Source of the DNA: Lama guanicoe
Taxonomy: Eukaryota
Direction: 5' to 3'
DNA length: 64,000 bases
Assembly: GCA_013239625.1 (NCBI GenBank)
Contig: MU053873.1
Coordinates: forward strand, 2,990,524 to 3,054,523
Made by a program: the position numbers and the translations under genes. Positions 13,421 to 25,747 of this stretch are shown here, piece after piece (the first letter of the stretch is position 1; each line of letters opens with the position of its first letter). The notes under the pieces are model-generated. The model saw only the letters and a list, made by a program, of their open reading frames with translations, ran no database searches and was not told the origin of the DNA.

Positions 13421-13756
13421 TGGCCCTTCTTTCTAGAGGCAAATACATTTGAAATGACCCCTGACAAGACACTGGCATTGAAAACTTGATCTCAAGCCCA
13501 ATACAGGCCACTGGGGCACAACCCTCAGGCTGTGAAATGAAGGCTTAAGGAAATCCTGTTATTCATTCATGAACTTCTTCATGGGGTTTCTCCCTACCTC
13601 TCAGTTTTATGCTCCAATTTCCTTTTGGGTCGAGTCTCTTCTTCTCTCCCTTTCTTTCATCTCTTCCTGTGTCTCTATGATGGGCCAATTTTCTTCTGAG
13701 AACAAGAGGAGTTGCCTCTGCCATTTTGGTTTTCCAATCCAAGATGCGGGAGTTCT

Positions 13757-14330
13757 CCAATAAAAACAGAACTACCGTATGACCCAGTAATCCACTCCTG
13801 GGTATATATCCAAAAAGAACAACAACAACAAAAAAACAATTCAAAAAGATGCATGTACCCACAGCATAATTATTTACAATTGCCAAGGTATGGCAGCAAC
13901 CTATGTGTCCATCAACAATGAACAGATAAAAAAAGATGTGGTATGTATACACAAGGGAATGCTTACTCAGCCACCAAAAATGAAAATTTGCCATTTGCAG
14001 CAACATACATGGACTTGGAGGGCATTATGCTAAGTGAAGTAAGTCAAAAAAAGACAAATACTATATTATATCACTTATATGTAGAATCTAAAAAATACAA
14101 CAATAGTGAATAAAACAAAAAGAAGCAGACTCAAAGATACAGAGAACAAATTAGTGGTTACCAGTGGAGAGAGGGAAGGGGAGAGGGGCAATATAGGAGG
14201 AGGGGGGAAGAAGTCATGCGAGTATATGAAATTATATGTATGAAACTTTTGAAAATTATAAAACAGTATAGAATTTAAAGAATCTGTCATTCAATAATAA
14301 GTAAACAAAAATAATAACAAGTTTAAAAGA
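13757..14330 (+). mobile_element. 5'-truncated L1 (ORF2 C-terminus + 3' UTR)
   Basis: Translates to KTELPYDPVIH; gccatttgcagcaacatacatggacttggagggcattatgctaagtgaa; A-rich tail. Confidence 0.9.
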
Positions 14331-14856
14331 AAGTTTTCCAAGCAAAGGAAGAGAAAATCAGGGCCTTACCACGAAAATGCAAACCTGTACTTTAGGCCAA
14401 AAGCAAACCATACAATGATCTCATTTAGCATTTTAAGTTAAAAAATTACAACAGACATTTACACATATATGGTTCAATTCTCCCTTCTAACCAAATACCA
14501 CCCATGTAAGAATTGATGAAAGTTTGGTTCTAAGAAACATTTTTCTGGAACCATTTTGCTCTCCGCCTCTAGAAAAACCATTTCTTTAATTCAACATACA
14601 CTTATGAAGGGCCTGCCTAACTCAGATCTAGTAATTCACATTGAGCCCTTATATGCCAGGTATACATCAGCTCACTTGTCACCCGCGCAACCCCATGAAG
14701 TAGGCGTGACTGTATTTCACTGGTTCTCGAATCTACATTGATTTACATTTTAAAGTCTCTGAGATACATCTCCGAAATCTGGATGCACAGTGTATCACAG
14801 TCCCCTAGCAGCATTTTTTTCTTTCTTAGTGGCCCATAAAATATTAGGTATTTTAT

Positions 14857-15409
14857 GATTGGATAACGAAGTTGCAGTGTATATATATGTGTGTGTGTAT
14901 GTATATATGTGTATGTGTGTGTGTGTGTATATACACACACACACACACACACATACATACATACAATGGAATACTACTCAGCCATAAAACAGAATGAAAT
15001 AATGCTATTTGCAGCAACGTGAGTGGATCTAGAGACAATCATACTAAATGAAATAAGTCAGACAGACAAAGACAAATATATCTCTTATGTGTAGAATCTA
15101 AAAACATGACACAAATGAACTTATTTACAAAACAGAAACGGACTCATAGACATAGAAAATAAACTTATGGTTACCAAAGGGGAAAAGGAGGGGGAGGGAT
15201 AAATTAGGAGTTTGGGATTAGCAGATACCAACTGCTGTGTACAGAATAGATAAACAACAAGGTCCTACTGTACAGCACAGGGCACTATATTCAATAGTTT
15301 GTAATAACCTATAATGAAAAAGAATATATATAATGTATAACTGAATCACCATGCTATTCACCAGAAACTAACACAACATTGTAAATCAACTATACTTCAG
15401 TAATTCAAA
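14857..15409 (+). mobile_element. 5'-truncated L1 with target-site duplication
   Basis: L1 3' UTR ending gtaaatcaactatacttca; flanking AAAATATTAGGTAT(T/C)TTAT at 14838-14856 and 15410-15428. Confidence 0.92.
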
Positions 15410-16224
15410 AAAATATTAGGTATCTTATAGTCGGCGCCATCTTAGAGTTGATGAAATATCTTACAGTGGAGGAAACTGAGGCTCAGCTAGTGAAGCCACA
15501 CAGCCAGCAAGTGACAGCCAAGATTCCAGCTCACATCCTTTCCCTGCACAGCCCTGGGCCCTCTGCCACTGTCTGCAATATACCCCAACTCTGTGTCCAT
15601 CTGCCTAGATGGTTAGAACTCGTCCTGTCTGGATGGTTAGATTCGGGAAAATTTAGCAAAATAACCTTGTAGGTGACCTACTTGAAACCTTTCCTCTTCC
15701 AAATGAGCAGCCAAAGGGCACACGGCCAAATATTGAGAGAGAAATGGGACTAGGATCCAGAGTCATGACCTCTTGGCGTGCAATTTTGTTCATTGATGTT
15801 AAAAGCTCGATTTCCATCCCGCCCCCTCCAATTCCCCACACCGCGACTCTGTGCTCTACTTTTATCTCCCCCTTCTAACTGCAGGCTGCCCACTCTCTTT
15901 CCCTCCCCTCCAAATCTGGGCCAACCGGCTCCACATTTCTTTTGTTGAGGCTTGTTAAAAACAAGGTGTCACTGTCTGTTCGCGCCTTTCCCCTGGGCAA
16001 GCTGCTCCTTCCCTGAAATTCCATCCGGGCTCCAGCCGGCAAATTCCCGTGTACCACCCCCCACGTGACACTCCTGCTTTGTGTAGTTTCTGCTCCTTCA
16101 GGACTTTAAAGCTTTCATCCCCTCTCTTCTTTTCCATCGCAGACTCTGTCACCTTGGATCCCAGGTCCTGCAGTGTATGTGGGCAAATGGGTCTAGATGT
16201 GAATTAGGTTAAGAAGGGGTAACA

Positions 16225-16430
16225 TTTTTTGCCTCTTTCCTGTGTGCCAAGCCTTGTACTAAGAACTTCATGTGCCTCCGCACATTTAATCCTCAGAATG
16301 GCTCCGTGAGGCGGGCTCAACCACTGCTTCCATTTTTCAGATGAAGAAACTGGCCTCAGAGAGGTGAAGCGACCTGCCCAAGGACACAGCGCTAGGTTTC
16401 AAACAAAGTTTACGCCAAAGCCTCTTTCTT
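16225..16430 (-). mobile_element. MIR SINE
   Basis: ccatttttcagatgaagaaactggcctcagagaggtgaagcgacctgcccaagg. Confidence 0.8.
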
Positions 16431-19400
16431 AACCAACGCACTTTACAACCTCCCCTGCCCTTTGATGCTTTAGGAGGTCACTGACAACCCCCACCCCCCA
16501 GAACCACCAGTTTCTCTTGTAGGTTCTTTCCTGGTCCTCACAATATTGCTGTGAATCCCAAGCAAAGTGTGGCAGAGAACGGCATTCTGTAGCCCCTGAA
16601 AGGCCTTGGTGCCTTGCACAACACTGGATCTGCCGCATGGGTCCAATCCATGCTACGGCCTGAGTTATTCAATTCCTCTCAAATTTAGGAACTTAGACTG
16701 CGCCCAGCTGTGTGCTGGGTCCTAGGGAAAGAAACCAAAGACCAGGCTCTACTCTCAAGGAAGAAAACAAAGAAAAAGTAAGTAGGAACTCTTAACTTGC
16801 GATGCAGGGATAGGCTTTGGGTGGGGTGTGTGGCCTGTGAATCAACTAAACGATACGCCCAGTGATGCGGGACGCATGTGTTTTGGGGGGATAGCATCCA
16901 TCACTTTCAGTTGGTTATGATCCTCTGAACAAATACAAAGCACTGGTATCATGACCATTCCCATAAAGTTCAAAATAAAGTGGAAAGCACCATTGTTTCC
17001 ACTCCGCAGACGAGAAAGCTGGTGCCCAGTATGGTAAAGAGACCGGTCCAGGTCCATCCAGCCCTGCCTGCATCCAGCCAGGAACTGAGTCCATTTCCTT
17101 GCTTCCTCATATTAGGTTTCTACTGTTCTCATCTGGAATTGCAATCAGCCAATGATAAATGAAAGACAATTTCCCCACAATGAAACAGCTATTTTTCTTT
17201 AAAAACAAACTGGGGGTCAAGGAGAAGGTTGTGTGGACAAACCAAGTGTCATCTCAGCCAGCCACACAGTAACTCATTGCAAGGGGGTCTGACCGCCGGT
17301 GGGAGGGGCTTAAGGCCCCTCAGCCCACTCTGGGACTTAAGACCCAGCCCAGTGCTCAAATGACTGATGTGGGGCTTTGGTTCTGATAGCAGGCTTTCTG
17401 CCTCTGTCCCCGGCTCAGACCATGCCCTGTCAATTCTGCTCAGTCTTGCCAGTCCCTGTCCCAAGGACCAGAGTGCCGACCCCAGGGCTGGCGTCCAGCT
17501 TCTTGTCCTTGGCCGCCATTTGCAATCGTGCTCTCCAGGCACTGTATTCTGCCTTTGCTCTCATCTCTGCTGCAGGCGCTGCACCCTGCCGGCCACCTCT
17601 CTCTCTCCAGGGGCACCATCTGCTTCAGAACCCCTTACTGGTTGCATCCCATTCTGAGCCTCAGTTTCCTCATCTCTAAACACAATGGCTGGAGCGATGG
17701 TTTTTCCAACTGTTTTAAACTACGGAATCCACTATTTCAATAAGAACATATCATGAATTGCAGCATAGAAGGTGATAATAATGGGTTTTCTGGCTGACTC
17801 CACTGGGCTATGAAACCTTTTCATTTTACTTAGGATTAAGTCCAGGGCCCAGATCATGATCTGAAAGGCCCTGCATGGCCTGAAATCTCCCCATTTCCCT
17901 GTCTCCTCTCTGCCCAATGATCTGCTTCTAATTCCTTATGCAACTCACGTTCCCTCCACCCGGGAATCTTGAATCTGCCATCCTCTTTCTCTGAAGCACT
18001 GTCTACCTGCTCCATTTCACCCCACTAGTTTCCATCAGTCCTTTGGATTTTATCACTTTACTGGTTCTCAGCCACCAAGCCCAGGCTGGAATCTCTGATA
18101 TATGAATGCACAGCCCATCCCTTCTCCTGTCAGTCACGTTTGACTTTCTTTGTCAGGGCATGGATTCTGTATCCTTTTGCCCACCATTGTCTGCCTGTCA
18201 CAGAAAAGCTTTTGATAAATATTTGATGAATACCTGAAGGAGGTGGGAAGTTCAGAAGCCCCAAGGACTGACCACTGACCTCTCCAGTTTCCACTGGATC
18301 CTGATGGAAACCCCCTTGGACCAAATCACTTGTATTTTTTGAGCCTAAAGCTTCCTAGCACTGTGGTTGCAGTTCTAGGGCATAAAGAATGAAATAGCAG
18401 GATGGTTGGGGAGGCAGAGTGGGTCTTCCTTTCTTAGACTTCATCTTCCGGGCCCAGGATGGGGGGCGGGGGCGGGTGGGGTGGGTTACATTCTTGTCCA
18501 TAGTCTTTTTTCCAGATGGCACTGCTCTTCAGTGAAATGGCAGAGTTTGGCCAACACCACTAACAGCCCAGTCTCATTCCAACAGACTCTACCAATTAAA
18601 TGCCTTGGCAGGACTGAAAGTTGACTATAGCAAAACTTCTTGAATGAGAAAAAAAAAATCTTGAAGTTGTCTTTCCTTTCATGGGGTGGAAATTTCCATT
18701 GCAACAGTACAGATCCAGGTGGCTTCTGCAGTTCTCTTCTGCAAAAAATGGAGAAACCCAGGCGAGTCTATAGGGGAGGCTGGAGCTTGGGGCATAACAT
18801 AACTCAGGGGCAGGATTCATAAGGTCAGGTGTCCATGAAAACTGACCAAAAATGCACACAAATGAGTGAAGTGGACAGCTGGGATCACGGCATATCGGGG
18901 AACAACCCGTGCCAAAGTAAGGGGCATGCCCTGCTCATCACAATATGGGAATGCGGATCCTGTGTGTCAGCTCTTCTGATTGTTCTAGGGGTACCTGAAT
19001 TTGGGATTTTCATACAGATGTCTTCCATTTTAAATATTGGAATAATTAATTTAAAATGTTGTAAGATAGTTTCAGGCCAAATCTAAAACTTCACGTGGGT
19101 TAGTTTTGGCTTGTAGACTCTCTTCTTGGAAAAATTTCCAACTTCCTTTGCCTCCCCAGGACTCCTCTGGATTGGAATCAGAAAACCATTGTGAGAAAGG
19201 GGATGGGGAAGGAGGAAACGTGCGTCAGGGTGCTGGGCTGGTGTGTAAGCGTATGGGCGCCCACTCTCCCAGGCAAGACACAAAGGAAACTGCCCCCAGG
19301 GACGCTGACTAGACCATCACGGCGTGTCACCGGCATCGGAATTACGTTAAATTATCACCACACGGGTGCTTTCCGCTGTTGTTGTTTGTGTTCCAAAATG

Positions 19401-20039
19401 TCCCCATGAATTCTAAAAGGAGCGCCGTGTTCTCTTAAGGGAAAGAAAAAAGCCCCTAATGTTCTGTCCTTTATCCCACTCAGGAGAATGAGCTCTGAAT
19501 GGGAACCCTCCCTCCTCCTCTCTGGGGGAGAGAAGGGAACAGCGAGAACCGGCTTACGCTTTAGATTCGTTCACGGAAAAGTCTTTCCTTCCATTTAATA
19601 TTAGAAAAAGGAAAGGAGTTAAAAGAAAATCTGCATGGTCGGAGGCAGGGAGAAGGAAGGAGAGGGATTCAGGAAGTCGGGAACGAGCTATACTTCAATC
19701 TCACCCCATCACTTCTTATGAGTGTGATCTTTTTTTTTTTTCTTTTATTATTGCTTTGTCTTTCCTCCAACAGAAATCGGCCTGATAGATCTCAGGTGAG
19801 AACCAGTGGGAAGATGTGGTGTGTGCGTTGGGGTGGAGGGCAGGGGAAGGGTAATGGTTTATATTTACTGAGAGGCATTCCAGGTTATGTTCCCACTTTC
19901 TCCCCTTGGTTCACAAACAAACATCCTTTGCTAATATAGGTGTGTGGTACTCTCAGCAGAAACATGCTTCCTCAAGGGAGCCTTTCCCAGCTCCCAGAGT
20001 GGACTAGACACCTGCTTTAGATGCCCTCCAAGCAACAGA

Positions 20040-20270
20040 CCCAGGTGGTTAAGAACCTAGGCGCTGGTGCCAGGCTGCCTGGATTTAAGTTGCCACTTAG
20101 CAGCTGGGTGACCTTGGGAAAACTCCTTAACCTTTCAGAGCCTCAGTTTCCTCATCTGTACAATGGGGACTGATACTAATAGCAGATACTTCATAACTAA
20201 ATGTCACTGTTAACTGAGTTAGCACATGTCAAATGCTTAGAACAGTGAGTGACTAGCATGTAGCAAATGC
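20040..20270 (+). mobile_element. MIR SINE
   Basis: gtgaccttgggaaaactccttaacctttcagagcctcagtttcctcatctgtacaatgggga. Confidence 0.85.
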
Positions 20271-21688
20271 TGTGTTTGTGATGGAACTATTATTGCAGAA
20301 TCCTCTGGACTGTTTTTGCCCCCCAAGCATTGTGTTCTTGTCACAGTGGTAGTAATGATTATGTGTATGATCATCTGTGTTATGGCTGACTCCCCATGTA
20401 GATTAAAGACCCCAAGAGGGACCATGTCTGTATCACGCCCTGCTGCGACTCCAGTTCCTGCACATAGTGGATACACTTATTCAACGTGTATTTTTGAGCA
20501 TCTCAGCAAATCTTCATGCTGCAGATGGGAAAGCAGCGAGATACAGGGATGGACAGTGTTTTCCCAGGGCCACGAGGGACTTGTGCAGACACTGGGACTG
20601 CAGAGCGGGTTCCAGAATGAAGGTGTCTTAAAGTTTGCAATCTTTGGGGGGGCACTTTGGAAAATTTTTAAATTCTCCATTCAAAGCCCGGCAGCAAAAT
20701 CCTCTCGCCTCAGAATGACAATGCTCGTCTTGCCAAAACTTAGAAAGAGAAGTTAAAACATCATCCTATGCTCTCTCTCTGTACTTCTGTTCCTTTTCAG
20801 CTCCTGGGATCTACAGGACTCGTCCATATAGCCCAGTCTGGCTCTCACCTGGAGGCAGGGCAGGCGGGATACAGTGATGGGTCAGGTCTTTAGTGAAGCA
20901 GAACTGGGTTCCAGTCCTGGCTAGCTGTGGGACCCTGGTCCAGTCCCCCTACCTCTGTGGACCTCAGTGTCCTCGTCATGGCATGAAGGTGATGAAGTGT
21001 CCATTTCCTAGAGTCGCTGAGAGGTCTACATGGTAAAAGCGCTGCCTGGAGTGTAGCATGTGCTTAGTAAGTGTCCCTGTGCCTATTAGACCCTTACTTT
21101 ACACAGGGACACGAATCCCAGGGAAGGAAGGGAAGTGACAAAGGACAGAAACAAGTGATCTGACTCATCCATTCAAGATGCTTGTACCAAAGCCTTCTAT
21201 GTGTCTAGTGCTTGTCAAAGAGGTGGGTAAGAAAGCCCTTACCGCCAGGGGCTGGGAGGCTAGTGGGAGAGAGAGCTAAGCTAAGAAATTGCAACATGCA
21301 TCATGGCTGCTATCCACCAAGGGGAACGTGTGGGACTAAGGGAGCATAATGGTCTCACCAAACCCACTTGGGCGGGTACAGATAAGGCTTCATGGAGACG
21401 TAAGGACAGGCTACCCAGGTGAAGATGAGAGATGCGAAAGGGTATTCCAGGCACAGGTACGTGACGTGGAGATGAGAGAGCGAGCAAGCTGTGATTGCCA
21501 GCTTCATTCATTCCTTGACAAACGTCTGTGGGACGTGCTTGGGTACCCACAGTGTTCTAGGTCCTAGAGAGGTGATCTGGACCCCGACACCCTGACTACC
21601 CATAAATCAACCACAAGGGCAGAGGCCCCAAGGTGCAGGTACACATTTACAGCCAAGCTGCTTCTCACCGGGGCAACTAGGAACTGCC

Positions 21689-21702
21689 CCACCAGGGGGA
21701 GC
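21689..21702 (+). promoter_or_regulatory. CTCF core motif
   Basis: CCACCAGGGGGAGC, one mismatch to the consensus CCACCAGGGGGCGC, in non-repeat sequence. Confidence 0.6.
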
Positions 21703-23779
21703 TGCAGGGATTCGCTGTCCTCAGCGGTTTGAACAGAAAAATGAATGTGGTCTACAAAGAAACTTTACTACAAACGTGAAAATTAAGTAGTGCTGTGTAA
21801 AGTACCACAATTAAGGAAAATTACTGCAACCCAGTGGTCATTTAAAAATTATTTCTATTAAACATCAGCTAATGATGATTAATGATCCCTCACATGCAAA
21901 CTCGGTAATACGGTGAGTGGAGAATGTTCTAAATCATGGAGGAGCTGATCTTTCTTCCAAAGGTCTGCTCTGTTTTTGAGCGACTGTGATTGACGGGCAG
22001 CTCTGCCCTTCCGCCCACATCATCATTAAACTCTCCCTCTTCTCCACCGCTAACCTCATCAGAAGAAAAAGTAAGACATAAAACTGATGAATTGTTCGCT
22101 GGGTGAAGAATATCAGCGTCAGCCCCTGTCACCTCCCTGTCCCTCTAGCTCAGGATTCCGTGTCTGAAAGTGGCCTCGAGGGAGCGTTTCGGGGAGGAGA
22201 CTGGGCGGCCTTCTCATCCATCAATCTCAAAGGTTTGGAACATTCCTGAGGCAGCCCCTGCCTCCTTCACTGTCTGTTAGAGAACGTGCCATCGCGAATT
22301 TATGGAAACCCACGAGGACCTTTGTGCCTGTTCAGCTGTACCACGCTGTGGCTGAGGAGGTCAGGGGAAGGACCTTTCCATTTGCTTACTGGGAACATCG
22401 GGCGATAGATTCGGCTTTTACATGAATCAGAAATTTAGCCATTTGTATAAAGGGATACATGAGGATATAGACGCAGGTACGAGGGAAGATGGATAATGGA
22501 TCCCCTGCTTCTGTCTTCTTTTCAGAAAAAAATAAAATAGCACCAACAATAACAGCAGTTCCAATGTCCTGGGTTCCTACTCTGGGCCAGGGCTCTGAAA
22601 ATGCTTTGGATGCCTTAGGTTATTTACCCCCTGCCAACAATCATGCAAGGCAGAGATTGTTACCCCCATTTTAAAGATGAGAAAACTGAGACTCAGAGGA
22701 ATTGAGGTAGTTGCCACAAACAGTGGCAGCGTGGTCTTTAAATACGAGCAGTCATCGCCATAGCCCGTGTTCACCATCAGGCCCCACGACTACCTCCAGA
22801 GACATTTCAGTCTATTACGTTAACTTTTATTGAGTCCCTACCATATGCCAAGGACTCAGGTCAGCAAGGAGGAAAGTCAAGCTTCCCGTGGAGTGAAACC
22901 CGCAGGAGAGGTGAAGAGGTTTAAGGAACCGTGGGGCCTCAAGAAGGAGGGCGCTGGACCTGTTGGGGAGAAGGCTTAGAAATACTTGAATTGGACTCAG
23001 ATTCTGAGTGGGATGTTGATGGGCAGATGGTGGGAAAGGTAAGCTGGGCCAAGGGTCCAACTTGAACGAAGGCCAAGAGATAGTTTTGCCGCATAAATAT
23101 GTTTTGGAAACATCCAGAGGTAATGGGACTGCCCATAAGAGAATCGATTAAATTAACCTTTCCCCAAAAGCATCAGGTAGACGAATCAAACCAAGGTAAT
23201 TAAAGAGATTGCTTTTGCCTCTCTCTTAAGTTGTCGTTTTGTACAAAGTAGCTCCTGATGTCATCAAACTGTGGGTTTCCTCTCGGATGAACAGACACAA
23301 GTTAAATCAGTTCCCAGACATCCCCTCCCTCCCAAGCTGTCTATTCTGGAGAGAGTCCGCTAGAGATGCACTCAGAGGGTGAACACGAGGTGGAAGGTGG
23401 GAGCTACGCACACTCCCCACTCAGCATCAGGCCCCGGGCAACGTGAGACCTGGATGTGGTTCTCCAGGTACTTTTTTTTTTTTTTTAAATCACAGGCTCT
23501 AACACAGTGATTGGTGCCAAAGGTTGGTTGCTGATTGGCAGTGGGTTGGTTTTCTCCATTGCTAATTTGCAAGTGCCTTGGGCCAGCTTTTCCCATTCCC
23601 CAGGAATCCATTCTCTCATCTCCCAATGGTCAGACAACTCTTATTTCAAGGGCTGGTCCAGAGTTGATAATTTCTAACTGGCTTGTCTTTAACAGCCTAG
23701 ACTCGCTATGATATGTCCAATGACTGATCACCCCATTGTCTTTCTAGGTTTGTCAGAATAACTCCCCTGGGGCTTGGGA

Positions 23780-24265
23780 AGCCAGGGCTTCTGGTTTCCC
23801 CAAACAGATCTTTTTTCCCTCCTCTTTTGTTTAATTATAAAATCTCCGCATTTTACCTGGAGACATGGCCATCTAGGCTATACTACAGTTCGCAGCCTGT
23901 CTTGCAGTTGGATGTGGCCATGTGGCGTGTTCTGGCCAATGGGAAATGCTGGGTATGACTCCCGCTGAATGCCCCAGAAAGAAGTGCCCACCACTCCCTC
24001 TCTCTTTACCCTTTCCCGTTGGCTGGAGGGTGGTTATAAGGACAGGCGCTGAAACAGGTGTCCTTGATTATATGAAAGAAGGCGCATGTTAAGAATGTCA
24101 GAGCAATGACTTGGAAGGAGCCTGGGGTCCCTGGAGATTCCAGATCTGTCTTCTTAGCTCTGAACAATCCTCACTGACAGAGAAACAGACTTCTGCCTTG
24201 GTTACGCCTCAAGTATATTTTGATTTCTCTGGCACAGCAGTTGACCCTATATAATTAACTTTCAC
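23780..24265 (+). mobile_element. MLT1 (MaLR) solo LTR
   Basis: cttgcagttggatgtggccatgtggcgtgttctggccaatggg...tggaaggagcctgggg. Confidence 0.65.
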
Positions 24266-24369
24266 AACCTGCAAGTTGAGTCTTGCTTTACCCCATAATA
24301 AGATTCTGCGAATGTGTGAATAAATGGAATGAATGTACCTTAAATCACACTTTCAATGGACCTGGAGCA

Positions 24370-24610
24370 GCAGTCTGTTGGTAGAGCTGAGAATAGGATT
24401 TTGGAGCTAGAACTGAGGCTCGGCTCTATTGCTGTCTGTGTGGCCTTGGGCAAGTCACTTAGCATCTCTATGCCTTCGTTTTCTTTATTTGTAAAGTGGA
24501 GCTGATTGTATTCATCTCACAAGACTCTTGAGAAGATTAACTAAGATGCTGAATGCAAAGTCCTTTGCAGGTACCTGGTATTATAGTAAAGCACTCCATA
24601 AATATTCTAT
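24370..24610 (+). mobile_element. MIR SINE
   Basis: tgtgtggccttgggcaagtcacttagcatctctatgccttcgttttctttatttgtaaagtgg. Confidence 0.75.
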
Positions 24611-24795
24611 GAAATTATCTGGGAAGTAAAAAAAAAAAAAAAAAAAAGGTCCCAGCATCACTAGTAAAGATTCTGGCTCCAGTGATCTGGAGTGGGGTCT
24701 TGGTATCCATGCATTTTAAAGCCTTCCCAGTTTCTTGGGTAGTTGAGAACCACTGAATTAAAGGAACTTAGTGAGGGCTTTTTATACATCAATTC

Positions 24796-24839
24796 CTGAT
24801 TTGCTTATTATGCAAATCAGACACACTTATCATGCAAAT
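24796..24839 (+). promoter_or_regulatory. POU octamer cluster
   Basis: Perfect ATGCAAAT at 24810-24817 and 24832-24839 plus an inverted near-octamer ATTTGCTT at 24799-24806. Confidence 0.5.
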
Positions 24840-25734
24840 TCAGCCACATCTTCATGATGAGTCCTCTTTACCTGGTGATCCCTTCCTGTTTTTATTTTGT
24901 TTTTTCCCCCATCACTGAACTTCCAGAGGAACCCATGAGTCTAAGTTACAGTCTCAGCCTAATTCCAGAGATAACCAGTATCTACATAGCTTTAAGGGCT
25001 TCCCTGTGCACTTAGATATCCGTCACCCCACTAGATCTTGGCCGCAGCCCTGCAAAGCACTTAAGATGAAGACTAGTTTTATCATCATCATCATCATCAT
25101 CATCACCTTCATTTTACAGATGAGAAAACCGAGGCTCAGAGTGGTTAAGTAATTTCCCCAATGGGAGCCCAGATTTGAACTAAGTTCTGTCTGATTTCAA
25201 ACCTTGTGATTCACTCCTCAACCCCTCTGCTTCTCTAATACTAAAATTGATTGCTGAGTGGGTCATTTATTCAATATATGTTTGTAGCCTCAAAGACTGA
25301 GGAGATGGGTAATTCCATGAGCTAATGAAACCCTGGGTAGACCAGTAGCTTCTTCCTATTTGCCCAAATCCAGCTGTAAGTTTGGTCAAAACTTCAAGGA
25401 AATCCGACGCCACCTAAGCCCTTTGGAGAATCCACAGAAGGAGGCAGGACCACTCCAGAGTTCCCCAGGGACTCCATGTGAGCAAAGAGGAACTGCACAG
25501 ATTGCCCTTTTACCCTTCTGTCCAAATTCATCCCTTATTGGATAAAGGCATTCTCTTTGGTCAGAGCAGCTTGAAAGCCACTGCAAGGCCACTCTCACGA
25601 GTAATTCACCCAAGCCAACTGCAGATCAGAAACATCGAGGTGAAAAGTCCCTGTCACCTAGAAAGCCTGTGTTCCATTTGCGGGGAAAAAAAAAAAATTG
25701 TTTCTCTTACATATTATATAACTCCAGGGAGGCA

Positions 25735-25747
25735 GTTGCTTAGCAAC
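25735..25747. promoter_or_regulatory. RFX X-box
   Basis: GTTGCT-T-AGCAAC perfect palindrome matching the X-box pattern GTTRCY-N-RGYAAC. Confidence 0.5.

Noticed and set aside
21711..21733. Second possible RE1 (minus: TTCAAACC-gctga-GGACAGCGAA)
   Set aside because: Left half site has a deletion and a mismatch; at best an isolated right half site
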